In this document: in pieces, positions 27,007 through 35,756 of the stretch | Layout of the letters: the number at the start of each line of letters is the position of its first letter | Numbering within the stretch: the stretch's first letter is position 1 | NCBI GenBank assembly: GCA_016187515.1 | Contig: JACPJN010000006.1 | Coordinates: forward strand, 856-64,855 | Direction: 5' to 3' | From: Candidatus Uhrbacteria bacterium | GTDB taxonomy: Bacteria; Patescibacteriota; Patescibacteriia; GWA2-47-26 | DNA length: 64,000 nt | The notes under the pieces: generated by a model | The model's input: only the letters and a program-made list of their open reading frames with translations | What the model was told of the DNA's origin: nothing | Databases searched by the model: none | Program-made: the position numbers and the translations under genes

Positions 27007-27347
27007 AGGCGGGCTTTCCTAATGTCTTCCTCAATTTTACTTTTCAGTTTCTCATCATTGGAAAAATTCTCAATCTCCGAAATCTTATTCAGTATTTCCA
27101 CCGCCAGCTCTTTTCCCGAAAGATCATCTTCAAAATCCAGCAGATGTACCTCCAGGAGCGGCTTTGCATCTTCACTGCGCGCGCCGACCACGGCCACGGC
27201 ATCGCGCGGCGCGCCATTAATCGCAACACGCGCTGCGTACACGCCGGGTATTGGACAAAGACCCCCTCCACACTCCAAATTCGCTGTCGGATATCCCAGC
27301 TTTGTTCCAATGCCAAGACCTCTCTTAACTTTTCCAACAATCCACAT
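26991..27347 (-). CDS. Riboflavin kinase (monofunctional, RibF C-terminal-domain type)
   Basis: Has the RGLGIGTKLGYPTANL flavokinase motif. It overlaps the ribE start by 16 nt, suggesting translational coupling. Confidence 0.7.
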   Translation of the reverse strand: MWIVGKVKRGLGIGTKLGYPTANLECGGGLCPIPGVYAARVAINGAPRDAVAVVGARSEDAKPLLEVHLLDFEDDLSGKELAVEILNKISEIENFSNDEKLKSKIEEDIRKARLCLQE

Positions 27348-27351
27348 AATA

Positions 27352-27435
27352 CCCCCTCTTAAGGTAAGAGGGGGCTAGGGGGAGTTATGAATCGCTCATA
27401 ACCCCCTCCAGCTCCCCCTTATCTTAAGGGGGAGA
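27352..27435. repeat. Intergenic inverted pair of hairpin units upstream of the riboflavin kinase gene
   Basis: CCCCCTCTTAAGGTAAGAGGGGGCTAGGGGGAGTTATGAATCGCTCATAACCCCCTCCAGCTCCCCCTTATCTTAAGGGGGAG, a near-perfect 84-bp palindrome. Confidence 0.85.
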
Positions 27436-27462
27436 GTTTATTGCATCCTACCACACTTCTTG

Positions 27463-27506
27463 ACAAAAAAACAGGCCCGGGGCCGCTAAGAAGCGTGGCC
27501 CGGGCC
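27463..27506 (-). terminator. Rho-independent terminator for the small Cys-rich gene
   Basis: GC stem GGCCCGGG.../...CCCGGGCC is followed on the minus strand by T7 (plus-strand A7 at 27465-27471), just downstream of the stop at 27525. Confidence 0.55.
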
Positions 27507-27524
27507 AAGGTGCAAAGATGAGGC

Positions 27525-27737
27525 CTAGTTGGTCAAAGTACGCGCGCGCGCCTTGTTGAAACAGGCGCGATGGTCTCCCTCCTCCAGCGGCTTATTGCAG
27601 AAACCGCAGATCGGGACGGTGCAAGAGTCCGCACCCGGCGCCAGATCCAGCGCATCCTGATTCTCGTGGCCGGCGCCACAGCCGCAGATTCCGCCCTCGT
27701 CGAAGTACGCGCCTCTGGGACATCTGGTTGCCATCAA
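27525..27737 (-). CDS. Small Cys-rich protein (70 aa; CxC ... CxxC, possible zinc ribbon)
   Basis: A strong SD (AGGAGG) sits 8 nt upstream of the ATG and a terminator lies just downstream. There are 7 Cys including CGC and CGFC. No family assigned. Confidence 0.4.
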   Translation of the reverse strand: MMATRCPRGAYFDEGGICGCGAGHENQDALDLAPGADSCTVPICGFCNKPLEEGDHRACFNKARARTLTN

Positions 27738-27866
27738 CTTTCCTCCTGGTTAAAGGTCTACCTCCACCCTACACCATTTTCCGTAAAATGTCAACCCCGT
27801 ACGAAATGGGGTACGGCTGCGGAGACGCACAAATACACTTCGAAATCTCACGGCACTACCGGGCGC

Positions 27867-28358
27867 TTACTTGTTCTGTACCAAATTTCGTACGTGGTCA
27901 AGTGCTCGTTCCAAAATCGGCCGCCCGTCTTTGTAGCTTGAAAATTGAAGCGCGCTGGAAACAGGTACCCAGCGTACTGCTTTGATAAGCTCACTTTTTT
28001 GCGCGATAAGCCGCGTGTGCGAAGGCGCTTCCATTAAAAAATAATATGCAAACTTACGTATCCGCACGCCGCGGGGAGAATGCGCCGTGCCGCGCCGCTC
28101 CGTAAACCACCAATCAATCCGTCCCAAAGGCGCCACTACCCGCAAGGTCCGGATTCCCATTTCTTCTTTGACCTCCCGAACTGCCGCAGCCCTAACGGAC
28201 TCGCCGCGCTCAATATGGCCTTTTGCAAAAGTCCACTTATGGAAGGGATCCAAAAGAAACGCGATCTGGGGCCCTTGCGGCGTCCTACGAAATACCACGC
28301 CACCGGCGCTGTACTCAATGCGGGCTGTGTGCCGCCCTTTCCCTAATTCATGCTTCAT
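27867..28358 (-). CDS. NUDIX hydrolase
   Basis: Nudix box GHIERGESVRAAAVREVKEEMGI. Confidence 0.85.
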   Translation of the reverse strand: MKHELGKGRHTARIEYSAGGVVFRRTPQGPQIAFLLDPFHKWTFAKGHIERGESVRAAAVREVKEEMGIRTLRVVAPLGRIDWWFTERRGTAHSPRGVRIRKFAYYFLMEAPSHTRLIAQKSELIKAVRWVPVSSALQFSSYKDGRPILERALDHVRNLVQNK

Positions 28359-28368
28359 AATTCCTAAT

Positions 28369-29616
28369 TCACTTCAATAACTCCATCGCTTTCTTCAGTT
28401 GCGGATCTTCCCCGTTGTCAAGATTATCCCGCGTCATTTCCACCGCGATATCCGGGACAATGCCTTCACCTTCGATCTGCTGACCTTTTGGCGTCAGCCA
28501 ATGGGCAATCGTCAGTTTCAAAGCTGAACCGCCGCGCAATTGTTCAAAACTCTGCACGGATCCCTTGCCAAAAGTTGTTTCACCGATCAATTTCCCCTTG
28601 CCGTGATCGCGGAGCGCTCCGGCAACAATTTCGGAAGCCGACGCGGAGCCATTATTGATAAGTACTGCTGTCGGGATGTCACCCAGCCGCGCCGTGCCTT
28701 GGGCGCGGAAGGCCTCTTTTCGGCTGCCCTGAAATTCCTGCCAAACCACCACTTCTCCGGAAGGCACCCAAGCCGACGCCACGGAAACGGCCACTTCCAG
28801 AAAGCCGCCCGGGTTGTTGCGCAGATCCAGAATAATACCCTTCGGATTTTGACTGATAATCTGCTGTATGGCTTGCTCAAATAATCCCGGAGTGGACTCG
28901 TTAAAATAAACAATTTTAAGATACGCGAGGCCATCTTTACGTTTTTCAAATCGAACGCTCTCGATATTTATCGTATCTCGAATAATTGGGAATTTCCTTG
29001 GCTCATCCCATCCCTCGCGCAGGAGCGTAAGTTCAACCGTGCTGCCTTTCGGGCCGCGAATATTGGAAACCGCGATATCCAAGGGCATACCGCGGGTATC
29101 TTGGCCGTCAATGGCGATTATTCGGTCGCCGGAGCGAACCGCGGAGGCCTCGGCCGGAGTCCCCGGAAGCGGGGCAATAATTACGAGCTGCTCTTTTTGT
29201 ATGCCGATTTCCGCTCCAATGCCCTCAAATACTCCCGAGAGCTCCGCGGTAAATTTTTGAGTGGTCTCCGGATCCAAAAATACCGAGTAGGGATCGCCCA
29301 ACGACCCCACCACTCCCGTAAGCGCCCCATAAAAAAGCTGGGTGTCAAAAACCGGCTGTTCCACATAGCGATCCTTAACCATGTCCCACACCTCCCAGAA
29401 AAGATCAAAATTCACGTCCTGAAGAAGGTATTGGGCCGGTGAGTTCTTGCCTTGCACCAAACCGCCCTCCGCTTCCATTGCGGTTGTGGCCGGAGTGCCC
29501 GACTTCCGCCCGACAGACCAGCCAAAAATAAACGACACCGCGATGAATACCGCGACAATAGCGGAGGAGATGAATTTCCTAACCAATTTTGATTTTGGTC
29601 TCGCCGTATAAAACAT
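28369..29616 (-). CDS. ctp: Carboxyl-terminal processing protease (S41 family, Ctp/Prc-like) with PDZ domain
   Basis: PDZ region (IGIQKEQLVIIAPLPGTPAEASAVRSGDRIIAIDG) and S41 catalytic region (GGFLEVAVSVAS..., GKLIGETTFGKGSVQ). Start set at the second Met (MFYTARPK...), which excludes the upstream iteron-like repeat. Confidence 0.85.
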   Translation of the reverse strand: MFYTARPKSKLVRKFISSAIVAVFIAVSFIFGWSVGRKSGTPATTAMEAEGGLVQGKNSPAQYLLQDVNFDLFWEVWDMVKDRYVEQPVFDTQLFYGALTGVVGSLGDPYSVFLDPETTQKFTAELSGVFEGIGAEIGIQKEQLVIIAPLPGTPAEASAVRSGDRIIAIDGQDTRGMPLDIAVSNIRGPKGSTVELTLLREGWDEPRKFPIIRDTINIESVRFEKRKDGLAYLKIVYFNESTPGLFEQAIQQIISQNPKGIILDLRNNPGGFLEVAVSVASAWVPSGEVVVWQEFQGSRKEAFRAQGTARLGDIPTAVLINNGSASASEIVAGALRDHGKGKLIGETTFGKGSVQSFEQLRGGSALKLTIAHWLTPKGQQIEGEGIVPDIAVEMTRDNLDNGEDPQLKKAMELLK

Positions 29617-29617
29617 A

Positions 29618-29665
29618 ATCTGGAGGTAAATCAAGCGCTTGATTTATCGGATTTACTTAATTTAC
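29618..29665. repeat. GTAAATCAAG iteron-like palindrome (family B) at the ctp/murA junction
   Basis: GGTAAATCAAGCGCTTGATTTATCGGATTTACTTAATTTAC. Confidence 0.7.
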
Positions 29666-30916
29666 TTTTTCTATCTTGGCCCCCAATCCACGCAGTCGCT
29701 CCTCAATATTTTCATATCCCCTCTCAATCTGATAGATATTGTCAATCACGGTCTCGCCCTGCGCCGCAAGCGCGGCGATAACCATCGCGATGCCGGCTCG
29801 GATATCCGGGCTCTCAATCCGTTTGCCGCGCAAGGGTGTCGGCCCTTGGACCAGCGCGCGATGGGGATCGCAAAGAATGATATTGGCGCCCATGCGGTTT
29901 AGAAGATCAACATAGAATAGGCGTCCTTCAAAAATCGTTTCGTGCACCAGCGTGAGTCCCCGCGCCTGCGTTAAAAGCACGGTCAGCGGCGGCTGGAGGT
30001 CAGTTGGAAAACCGGGGTATTCATGGGTAATAACTTTTCCCGGACTGCGATAATCCTCCTTTGCTTGAAGAATCGCAATTGAATCAGAACCTTGCTTAAA
30101 ACGCGCACCCATTCTGCGCAAAATGGTCAGCAAACTTTCGATGTGTTCCGGATTGCACTGCGTAATCGTAATCGGACTGCGCGTGGCGGCCGCGAGAATC
30201 GCGAACATGCCGGTCTCCAGCCGATCCGGAATCATGGCATATTCACTTCCCTGAAGGGCCTCCACGCCCTCAATTTTAATGGTACTGGTACCGGCCCCGG
30301 AAATGCGCGCGCCGCAGCGATTCAGATAATCGGCCAGCGCCGCCACCTCCGGCTCGGAGGCCGCGTTCTTCAGTATCGTGACGCCCGGTACCCTTGTCGC
30401 GGTCATCATCAAGCTTTGGGTCGCCGTAACCGACACAAACGGAAAAAAATAAGACGCGCTCTTAAGCCGTTTGGCGATGAAGCGATACTCTTCGCCATTA
30501 TCTTCAATCTCCACGCCCAGCGCCTTGAATCCTTCAAGAAACTGATCAATCGGACGCCGGCCAATCGCGCATCCGCCCGGATGTCCAATACTCGCTTCCC
30601 CAAAACGCAGTAGGAGCGGACCGATGAGTAAAACTGAAGCCCGCACTTTTCCGGAGAGTTCTCGGCTCAAACTATGGGAGTTAAGCGTAGCGGGATCAAT
30701 GGAAACCTCGCTATCCCTGATTTCCACCCGCGCGCCCAGTTTCTTAATAATATCCAACATCACGCCGACATCATTGATCTTTGGAACGCGCTTGAGCGTA
30801 GTTGCCCCCCTTGCCAAAAGCGCGGCGGGGATGGCAATTAACGCCGCGTTTTTCGCGCCGGAAACCGCGATCTGTCCGGAAAGACGCTGTGGTCCTTGAA
30901 TTACGAATTTAGCCAT
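29657..30916 (-). CDS. murA: UDP-N-acetylglucosamine 1-carboxyvinyltransferase
   Basis: Full-length EPSP-synthase-fold protein with MurA motifs (MAKFVIQGPQRLSGQIAVSGAKNAAL..., catalytic Cys region IGHPGGCAIGRRPIDQ). Confidence 0.9.
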   Translation of the reverse strand: MAKFVIQGPQRLSGQIAVSGAKNAALIAIPAALLARGATTLKRVPKINDVGVMLDIIKKLGARVEIRDSEVSIDPATLNSHSLSRELSGKVRASVLLIGPLLLRFGEASIGHPGGCAIGRRPIDQFLEGFKALGVEIEDNGEEYRFIAKRLKSASYFFPFVSVTATQSLMMTATRVPGVTILKNAASEPEVAALADYLNRCGARISGAGTSTIKIEGVEALQGSEYAMIPDRLETGMFAILAAATRSPITITQCNPEHIESLLTILRRMGARFKQGSDSIAILQAKEDYRSPGKVITHEYPGFPTDLQPPLTVLLTQARGLTLVHETIFEGRLFYVDLLNRMGANIILCDPHRALVQGPTPLRGKRIESPDIRAGIAMVIAALAAQGETVIDNIYQIERGYENIEERLRGLGAKIEKVN

Positions 30917-30984
30917 AGTATCATGGATTATATACTAGTTACTTTCCGTAGGCAAGCCATCACATCCTAATGGCCGACAGCATG

Positions 30985-31110
30985 GATTACATCAAAAATC
31001 ACAAATCACAAGCACCAAATTACAAGGAAATGACAATTTACAAATTACAAATAACAAGTTTGAAGTTTGAGTATTGGAATTTGTAATTTGTTTGTGGTTT
31101 GGCATTTGGA
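30985..31110. repeat. AAATTACAA / TTGTAATTT palindromic repeat cluster (family C) in the murA-PEGA divergent intergenic region
   Basis: CCAAATTACAAGGAAATGACAATTTACAAATTACAAATAACAAG...TTGGAATTTGTAATTTGTTTGTGGTTTGGCATTTGGAATTTGGAATT. Confidence 0.7.
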
Positions 31111-31130
31111 ATTTGGAATTTTTACGCCAT

Positions 31131-31994
31131 ATGTCTCTGATTTTTCGCCGCCTCATATTTTATTTTCTCCTTTTCATCTTTATTATTCTCGCCCCGATTA
31201 TTGTCGCCTACACTGCCGGATACCGCTTCAGTCCTACCCAACGCCAGATCGTCAAGACCGGCGCGCTTTCGATTACCACCCTCCCGGCCGGCGCCGAAAT
31301 TACTCTAAATGGCCGGTCGGGTTTGGCCTATACTCCAACGCTGATTACCAATCTCCTCCCGGGAGCGTATGAAATTAAAATTACCAAAGCCGGGTATCAC
31401 CCCTGGATGAAAAATCTTACGGTTGAAGATGGAAAAACCACTTTCGCGCATAACGTTTCCCTTTTTAAGCTGGCCGACCCGGAATCCACTCCGACGGTAA
31501 ATGACTTGACTTCGGATCAGGCCGTTCCGGAAAGTTTGGGAAATTTTAAGGTCTGGTATGACGACAACTTCAGAAAGATCGTCGTAACGAACAACCTTCT
31601 CAAGCAGCGAGTCGCTGAACTCGACGCGGATCAGGCCCGCTGGCGCCGACAACCCACTCCGCTGCTTTTCGCTTATAGCGGACACGAGGTCTGGCAATAC
31701 AATCCCGAAAACCAGAGCACTGCTTTGATCACCCGGCTGACCGAAGATATCCACTCGGTCATCCCTCTTCCGCGCGAGGAAGCTATTTTGATCATTATCG
31801 CTTCCGAATCGTCTGGCGCGGAGAAATATACCATCCGCGCTTCAGAGCTGGATTCACGCGATCATCAAAACAGTTGGGATCTGGGAAAGTTTGATGCAAT
31901 TAAAAAAGCCGTCCTGGCGGAGGACGGAAAAACCCTGGAGGTATCCGGAATTTATCGCGGTAAAGCCGGGCGCTGGCAACTGCAATTAAAATAA
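31131..31994 (+). CDS. PEGA domain-containing membrane-anchored protein
   Basis: N-terminal TM helix, then a PEGA domain (PAGAEITLNGRSGLAYTPTLITNLLPGAYEIKITKAGYHPW). Start set at ATG 31131 to exclude the repeat-derived N-extension. Confidence 0.65.
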   Translation: MSLIFRRLIFYFLLFIFIILAPIIVAYTAGYRFSPTQRQIVKTGALSITTLPAGAEITLNGRSGLAYTPTLITNLLPGAYEIKITKAGYHPWMKNLTVEDGKTTFAHNVSLFKLADPESTPTVNDLTSDQAVPESLGNFKVWYDDNFRKIVVTNNLLKQRVAELDADQARWRRQPTPLLFAYSGHEVWQYNPENQSTALITRLTEDIHSVIPLPREEAILIIIASESSGAEKYTIRASELDSRDHQNSWDLGKFDAIKKAVLAEDGKTLEVSGIYRGKAGRWQLQLK

Positions 31995-32007
31995 ACCCCC
32001 TTTATAA

Positions 32008-33231
32008 TCACCAAAACATCACTCGTCTGTTTATCTGCCAATACGCATTCATGGCTGGATTCGCAATATACTTAAGCACGGGGTTCATTACTTCTTGAAA
32101 TAAAATTTGTCCGGTAAAATCGCGCATCATACTCCTATCGGACATGGTGCGCATGGCTTGAATCGCGCGCCTCTCACGCGCTATTTTTCGCCACGAACTG
32201 GGTTTGAAAAAATAACCCCAGCTGCGTAATTTTGGCTTGGCGTATCCGCCAAGTATCGCGCCGGAGAGCACCCCAAGCTCCATTGCGAAAAACGCCGGCG
32301 CGATTAAAATCAGCGTCGGCACTTTATAAAACTGCAGCATCGTGAGCAACCGATTGCGCTCCATATAATAGACCTGTAAAATGGAACGCTTGAATTCATA
32401 CTTGTGCCACATGATTGATTTTGGAGCGAACACCACGCGATAGCCGGCCAACTTGGCTTTCAGGCAAAGCTCCATATCGTCGTGATACATAAAAAAGTCC
32501 GGATTGCAAAGTCCAATTTTTTCAAATACTGCGCGCCTCACATACATGGACGCGCCAGAAGCGTAAGGAATGTCCTCAATTTCTCCTCCCCTTAAGGTAA
32601 GGGGAGGCTGGGAGGGGTTATGAGTGCTTTCTATATCGCCATATCCCTTGCAATACCCAAACCCAAGAAAATGAATTTGATTGCCAACTGAATTGATCCG
32701 CTGCACGCCATCTTTTCCCACGGGCCAAAGCAACAGTTTTGACTGCACAATGCCGATCGGGCGATTGTCGTAACTCCCCCTACCCCCTCTTACCCTAAGA
32801 GGGGGTTCCGATCGATCTCCCTCCCTTAAGATAAGGGAGGGTTGGGGAGGGTTATGCTCCTCACTATACGCTGCCGCCACGAGTTCGCGTAACCACTGCG
32901 GCTGCACAATCACATCCATGTTGGAAAGCACAATATCCTCACAGCCGTCTTTAAACGCCTGCGCAATCCCCACATTATTCCCCCCGCCCCAACCGGAATT
33001 TTCTTTATTGGGCAATATCACCGCCTCCGGATACATTTCGCGCAAATATGCTTCCGTCTCCGGACTTGTCGCGTTGTCCACGATGTACACCACATATTTA
33101 TCACGCGGATAATTAATCTTCCGCATGCTATCCCGACAATCCTCAAGAAACCTTTTGGCGTAGGTTTTGTAGTTGATTAAAACTATGCCTACCTTCGGTG
33201 TCATAGTTTGATTATTAATCAGATTTAACAC
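32008..33231 (-). CDS. Family 2 glycosyltransferase with two in-frame hairpin-repeat insertions
   Basis: GT-A motifs (VVYIVDNATSPET..., DxD-type region, NSGWGGGNNVGIA). Inserts at 32584-32622 and 32773-32857 encode HNPSQPPLTLRGGEIED and HNPPQPSLILREGDRSEPPLRVRGGRGSY. Confidence 0.8.
   Translation of the reverse strand: MLNLINNQTMTPKVGIVLINYKTYAKRFLEDCRDSMRKINYPRDKYVVYIVDNATSPETEAYLREMYPEAVILPNKENSGWGGGNNVGIAQAFKDGCEDIVLSNMDVIVQPQWLRELVAAAYSEEHNPPQPSLILREGDRSEPPLRVRGGRGSYDNRPIGIVQSKLLLWPVGKDGVQRINSVGNQIHFLGFGYCKGYGDIESTHNPSQPPLTLRGGEIEDIPYASGASMYVRRAVFEKIGLCNPDFFMYHDDMELCLKAKLAGYRVVFAPKSIMWHKYEFKRSILQVYYMERNRLLTMLQFYKVPTLILIAPAFFAMELGVLSGAILGGYAKPKLRSWGYFFKPSSWRKIARERRAIQAMRTMSDRSMMRDFTGQILFQEVMNPVLKYIANPAMNAYWQINRRVMFW
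32584..32622. repeat. Solo hairpin unit in GT2 (encodes PSQPPLTLRGG)
   Basis: CTCCTCCCCTTAAGGTAAGGGGAGGCTGGGAGGGGTTATGAG. Confidence 0.85.
32773..32857. repeat. Inverted pair of hairpin units in GT2
   Basis: ACTCCCCCTACCCCCTCTTACCCTAAGAGGGGG...CTCCCTCCCTTAAGATAAGGGAGGGTTGGGGAGGGTTATG. Confidence 0.85.
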
Positions 33232-33236
33232 AGATA

Positions 33237-33635
33237 TTAAACAAATGGTTTCTTGCTTCTATCCGGGTAGACTATGCGACGAATGCGTACACCATTAGGT
33301 GTAAAGAAAATAAGCAGCGCAATCTGCATATTAGTTACCCGTAGATATTCTAAAACCTGACGCAAGTGAACATTTTTTAACTCCGGGACCACTTTAATCT
33401 CTACCACGACCTTACCATCAACTATAAAATCCAATCGATCCTCTCCTATCTTTTTTCCAGCATAGCACAAATCCACTGTAAATTCACGAGCATATGCTAT
33501 GCCCAATTGATCAAATTCGGCCGCTATTGCTCTCTGCACATAAGTTTCCCGAATATGCGGCCCTAAACTGTTCCCCACTTTATATGCCGCCCCAATAATT
33601 TTATGAGTTAGCTCTTTATGCGGGTACTCTGCCAT
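33237..33635 (-). CDS. GxxExxY-family (PD-(D/E)xK-like) protein embedded in the glycosyltransferase cluster
   Basis: KELTHKIIGAAYKVGNSLGPHIRETYVQRAIAAEF...LDFIVDGKVVVEIKVV matches the family pattern. Start set at ATG 33635. Confidence 0.5.
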   Translation of the reverse strand: MAEYPHKELTHKIIGAAYKVGNSLGPHIRETYVQRAIAAEFDQLGIAYAREFTVDLCYAGKKIGEDRLDFIVDGKVVVEIKVVPELKNVHLRQVLEYLRVTNMQIALLIFFTPNGVRIRRIVYPDRSKKPFV

Positions 33636-33679
33636 ATAATATCTGATTATATCTGATCCGAATCTGTTTAGTGATCGCG

Positions 33680-34501
33680 TCAGTAACTCTGACGCCACCA
33701 TTTCCACGCATACTTCATCAAACTTTTAATATGGATACGCGTCAGGGGGTTTAGTAACACTGACTTGAGACCAGGCACTTTGGCCGAAGCGCGCTCGTGA
33801 CCGTGTTGAATTATCACATCGCCCTTGTAATACACTGGCCAGCCGCGGGACCAAAAGGTGCGGCAAAGATCCGTGTCTTCAAGATACATAAAATACCGCT
33901 CATCAAAAAATCCTACGTCCTTGAACACTGAGCCGCGGCAAAACAGTGCCGCACCCGTTGCCCAATCAATCGGCTGTGTTTTTGTGTGGTCAAAATCCTT
34001 CATGTGCAGATGTTCAACGCGCCTGCGCGCCCAGTCATATTTTTTATGCAAGCCCAGGCGATAAATTGGTTGGTCCAAAAAACGCGGAAATCGCATGCAG
34101 GAGGGCTGCATCTCACCGTTTGGGAGCATAAGCCGCGGCGCTACGATTCCCACTTTGGGATGCGCTTCCATAAATTGATAAAGCCGCAGAGTTGTGCGCG
34201 GCTGGTTTTCTAAAAATACCAGATCGGGATTGGCAATAAAATAATACTTGGCCTCAAATTGTTTAAGCCCGAGATTATTTCCACGACCAAATCCGACATT
34301 TCTGCCGGCATCGATGAAAACCACGCGATCACCAAACTCCTGTGTGAGCGCCTCCTTTAACCCATCCCTTGACGCATTATCCACAACAACCGGCTGCACC
34401 TTCAAATTTGTGCCTTGAACATCTCGAAATAGCAACCGAAGCATCGCCAAAATTTTATCGCGCATTTTGTAGTTGACTGTCACGGTAATAATATCAAACA
34501 T
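33680..34501 (-). CDS. Family 2 glycosyltransferase
   Basis: GT-A N-terminus (ITVTVNYKMRDK...VVVDNASRDG...) and DxD/ED region. Start set at ATG 34501 (MFDIITV...), which excludes the upstream iteron repeat translated in the longer ORF. Confidence 0.75.
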   Translation of the reverse strand: MFDIITVTVNYKMRDKILAMLRLLFRDVQGTNLKVQPVVVDNASRDGLKEALTQEFGDRVVFIDAGRNVGFGRGNNLGLKQFEAKYYFIANPDLVFLENQPRTTLRLYQFMEAHPKVGIVAPRLMLPNGEMQPSCMRFPRFLDQPIYRLGLHKKYDWARRRVEHLHMKDFDHTKTQPIDWATGAALFCRGSVFKDVGFFDERYFMYLEDTDLCRTFWSRGWPVYYKGDVIIQHGHERASAKVPGLKSVLLNPLTRIHIKSLMKYAWKWWRQSY

Positions 34502-34506
34502 ATTTG

Positions 34507-34575
34507 ATTGAAGTAAATCAAGCGAGACAGGTAAATCAGGCGCTTGACTTGCTTGATTCACTTGATTTACTTGCT
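34507..34575. repeat. Family B iteron array (TAAATCAAG / CTTGATTTA copies) between two GT2 genes
   Basis: AAGTAAATCAAGCGAGACAGGTAAATCAGGCGCTTGACTTGCTTGATTCACTTGATTTACTTGCTTTAC. Confidence 0.75.
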
Positions 34576-35754
34576 TTACTTTTCTAAAAACCACCGCCTC
34601 ATCTCTTCCGGCTTTACTTTATAATTCGCCATAATCGCGCACCGCTTGGCCATGGTGCGCGGCCACAGTTTTTTCACTTCACGCAAGCCTTTCAGTGTTC
34701 CCCAATCGGTGAAAATCAGATATACAAACTTCTTCAGCTCATACCCGAGAATCCACGGCCAGTCTTTTCCAAAGTTAGCACGATGCTCATTCTTTAGCAA
34801 GACCGTGAGATGATTCCGATAGGAATAGTAATTTACATACGCCGCCCGCCCTTTTCGATTTTTCATGGCTGCCGAGTCAGACATTTCTTGCGGTCCTGTC
34901 GCAGTGCGATCATGCCACGCGCGCGCCTCTGCCGTCACATACGCTTTCCATCCCGCGCTCCGCAGGCGGAATGCTAAATCAACATCCTCTTTATAACTTC
35001 CAAATTCATCATCAAACATACTTCCTTCAAATGCCACATCATCAACTGCCTTGCGGCGATAAATGGGGAGTGCACCAGAGACACCGAAAACTTCAACGCC
35101 TCCCCCTCTTAAGGTAAGAGGGGGTTGGGGGGCGTTATGAGTTGTCATTTGTTCTCCTGTTCTCCAATCCACCACTCTCCGATTTCGCAACACCTTCAAT
35201 CCCATTGTATCAATGATATTGGTGAGCGATTCGCTAATTGGAAATTGGAAATTATCCTCCCGATGCGGATCCGCCCTGGGCGGAGAAATTAGAAATTTAC
35301 TAAAATCCCATTTTAGCAGTGTCCCCTGTCCTGCCCCGGCCTCCGGATTGCCGTCCATCATCGCGACTACTTTTTCCAAATAATCCGGGGCCAAATACAT
35401 GTCTTGATTGAGGAGTTGGATGTACTCGGATGGCGTAGGGCGTAGGGCGTAGGGCGTAGAGTTCGAATCAATTTCATTACCATTTGCCCTATGCCCTATG
35501 CTCTTAGCCACCAAACGCACGGCTTGATTATGCCCCCCTGCAAATCCGAGATTTTTTTCATTGCGCACTAGTCGCGCAGGCACTGGCAGATTCTTTATTT
35601 CACGCTCAATTAAATCCGCTGTCCCATCCGTGGAATTATTATCAATCGCCAGTAACTCCCAATCTCTATACGTCTGCCTTCGGAGCGACTCAAAAAGATA
35701 GGGAATATACTTTGCGCCGTTCCAAGCCACTAAATGCACCGAGAGTTTTGCCAT
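34576..35754 (-). CDS. Family 2 glycosyltransferase carrying a heptanucleotide tandem repeat and a hairpin-repeat insertion in frame
   Basis: LSVHLVAWNGAKYIPYLFESLRRQTYRDWELLAIDNNSTDGT GT2 motifs. In-frame inserts (GCGTAGG)x4 at 35433-35460 and the hairpin unit at 35099-35141. Confidence 0.75.
   Translation of the reverse strand: MAKLSVHLVAWNGAKYIPYLFESLRRQTYRDWELLAIDNNSTDGTADLIEREIKNLPVPARLVRNEKNLGFAGGHNQAVRLVAKSIGHRANGNEIDSNSTPYALRPTPSEYIQLLNQDMYLAPDYLEKVVAMMDGNPEAGAGQGTLLKWDFSKFLISPPRADPHREDNFQFPISESLTNIIDTMGLKVLRNRRVVDWRTGEQMTTHNAPQPPLTLRGGGVEVFGVSGALPIYRRKAVDDVAFEGSMFDDEFGSYKEDVDLAFRLRSAGWKAYVTAEARAWHDRTATGPQEMSDSAAMKNRKGRAAYVNYYSYRNHLTVLLKNEHRANFGKDWPWILGYELKKFVYLIFTDWGTLKGLREVKKLWPRTMAKRCAIMANYKVKPEEMRRWFLEK
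35099..35141. repeat. Solo hairpin unit in GT2 34576..35754
   Basis: GCCTCCCCCTCTTAAGGTAAGAGGGGGTTGGGGGGCGTTATGAG. Confidence 0.85.
35433..35460. repeat. Heptanucleotide tandem repeat (GCGTAGG)x4 inside GT2 CDS, paired with inverted (GCCCTAT)x2 at 35487-35503
   Basis: Direct reading of GGCGTAGGGCGTAGGGCGTAGGGCGTAGA. The unit length is not a multiple of three. Confidence 0.8.
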
Positions 35755-35756
35755 AT

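Noticed and set aside
27348-27440. FMN riboswitch upstream of the ribH-ribE-riboflavin kinase genes
   Set aside because: The upstream region is occupied by the 84-bp hairpin-repeat palindrome. No FMN-element conserved core could be recognised.
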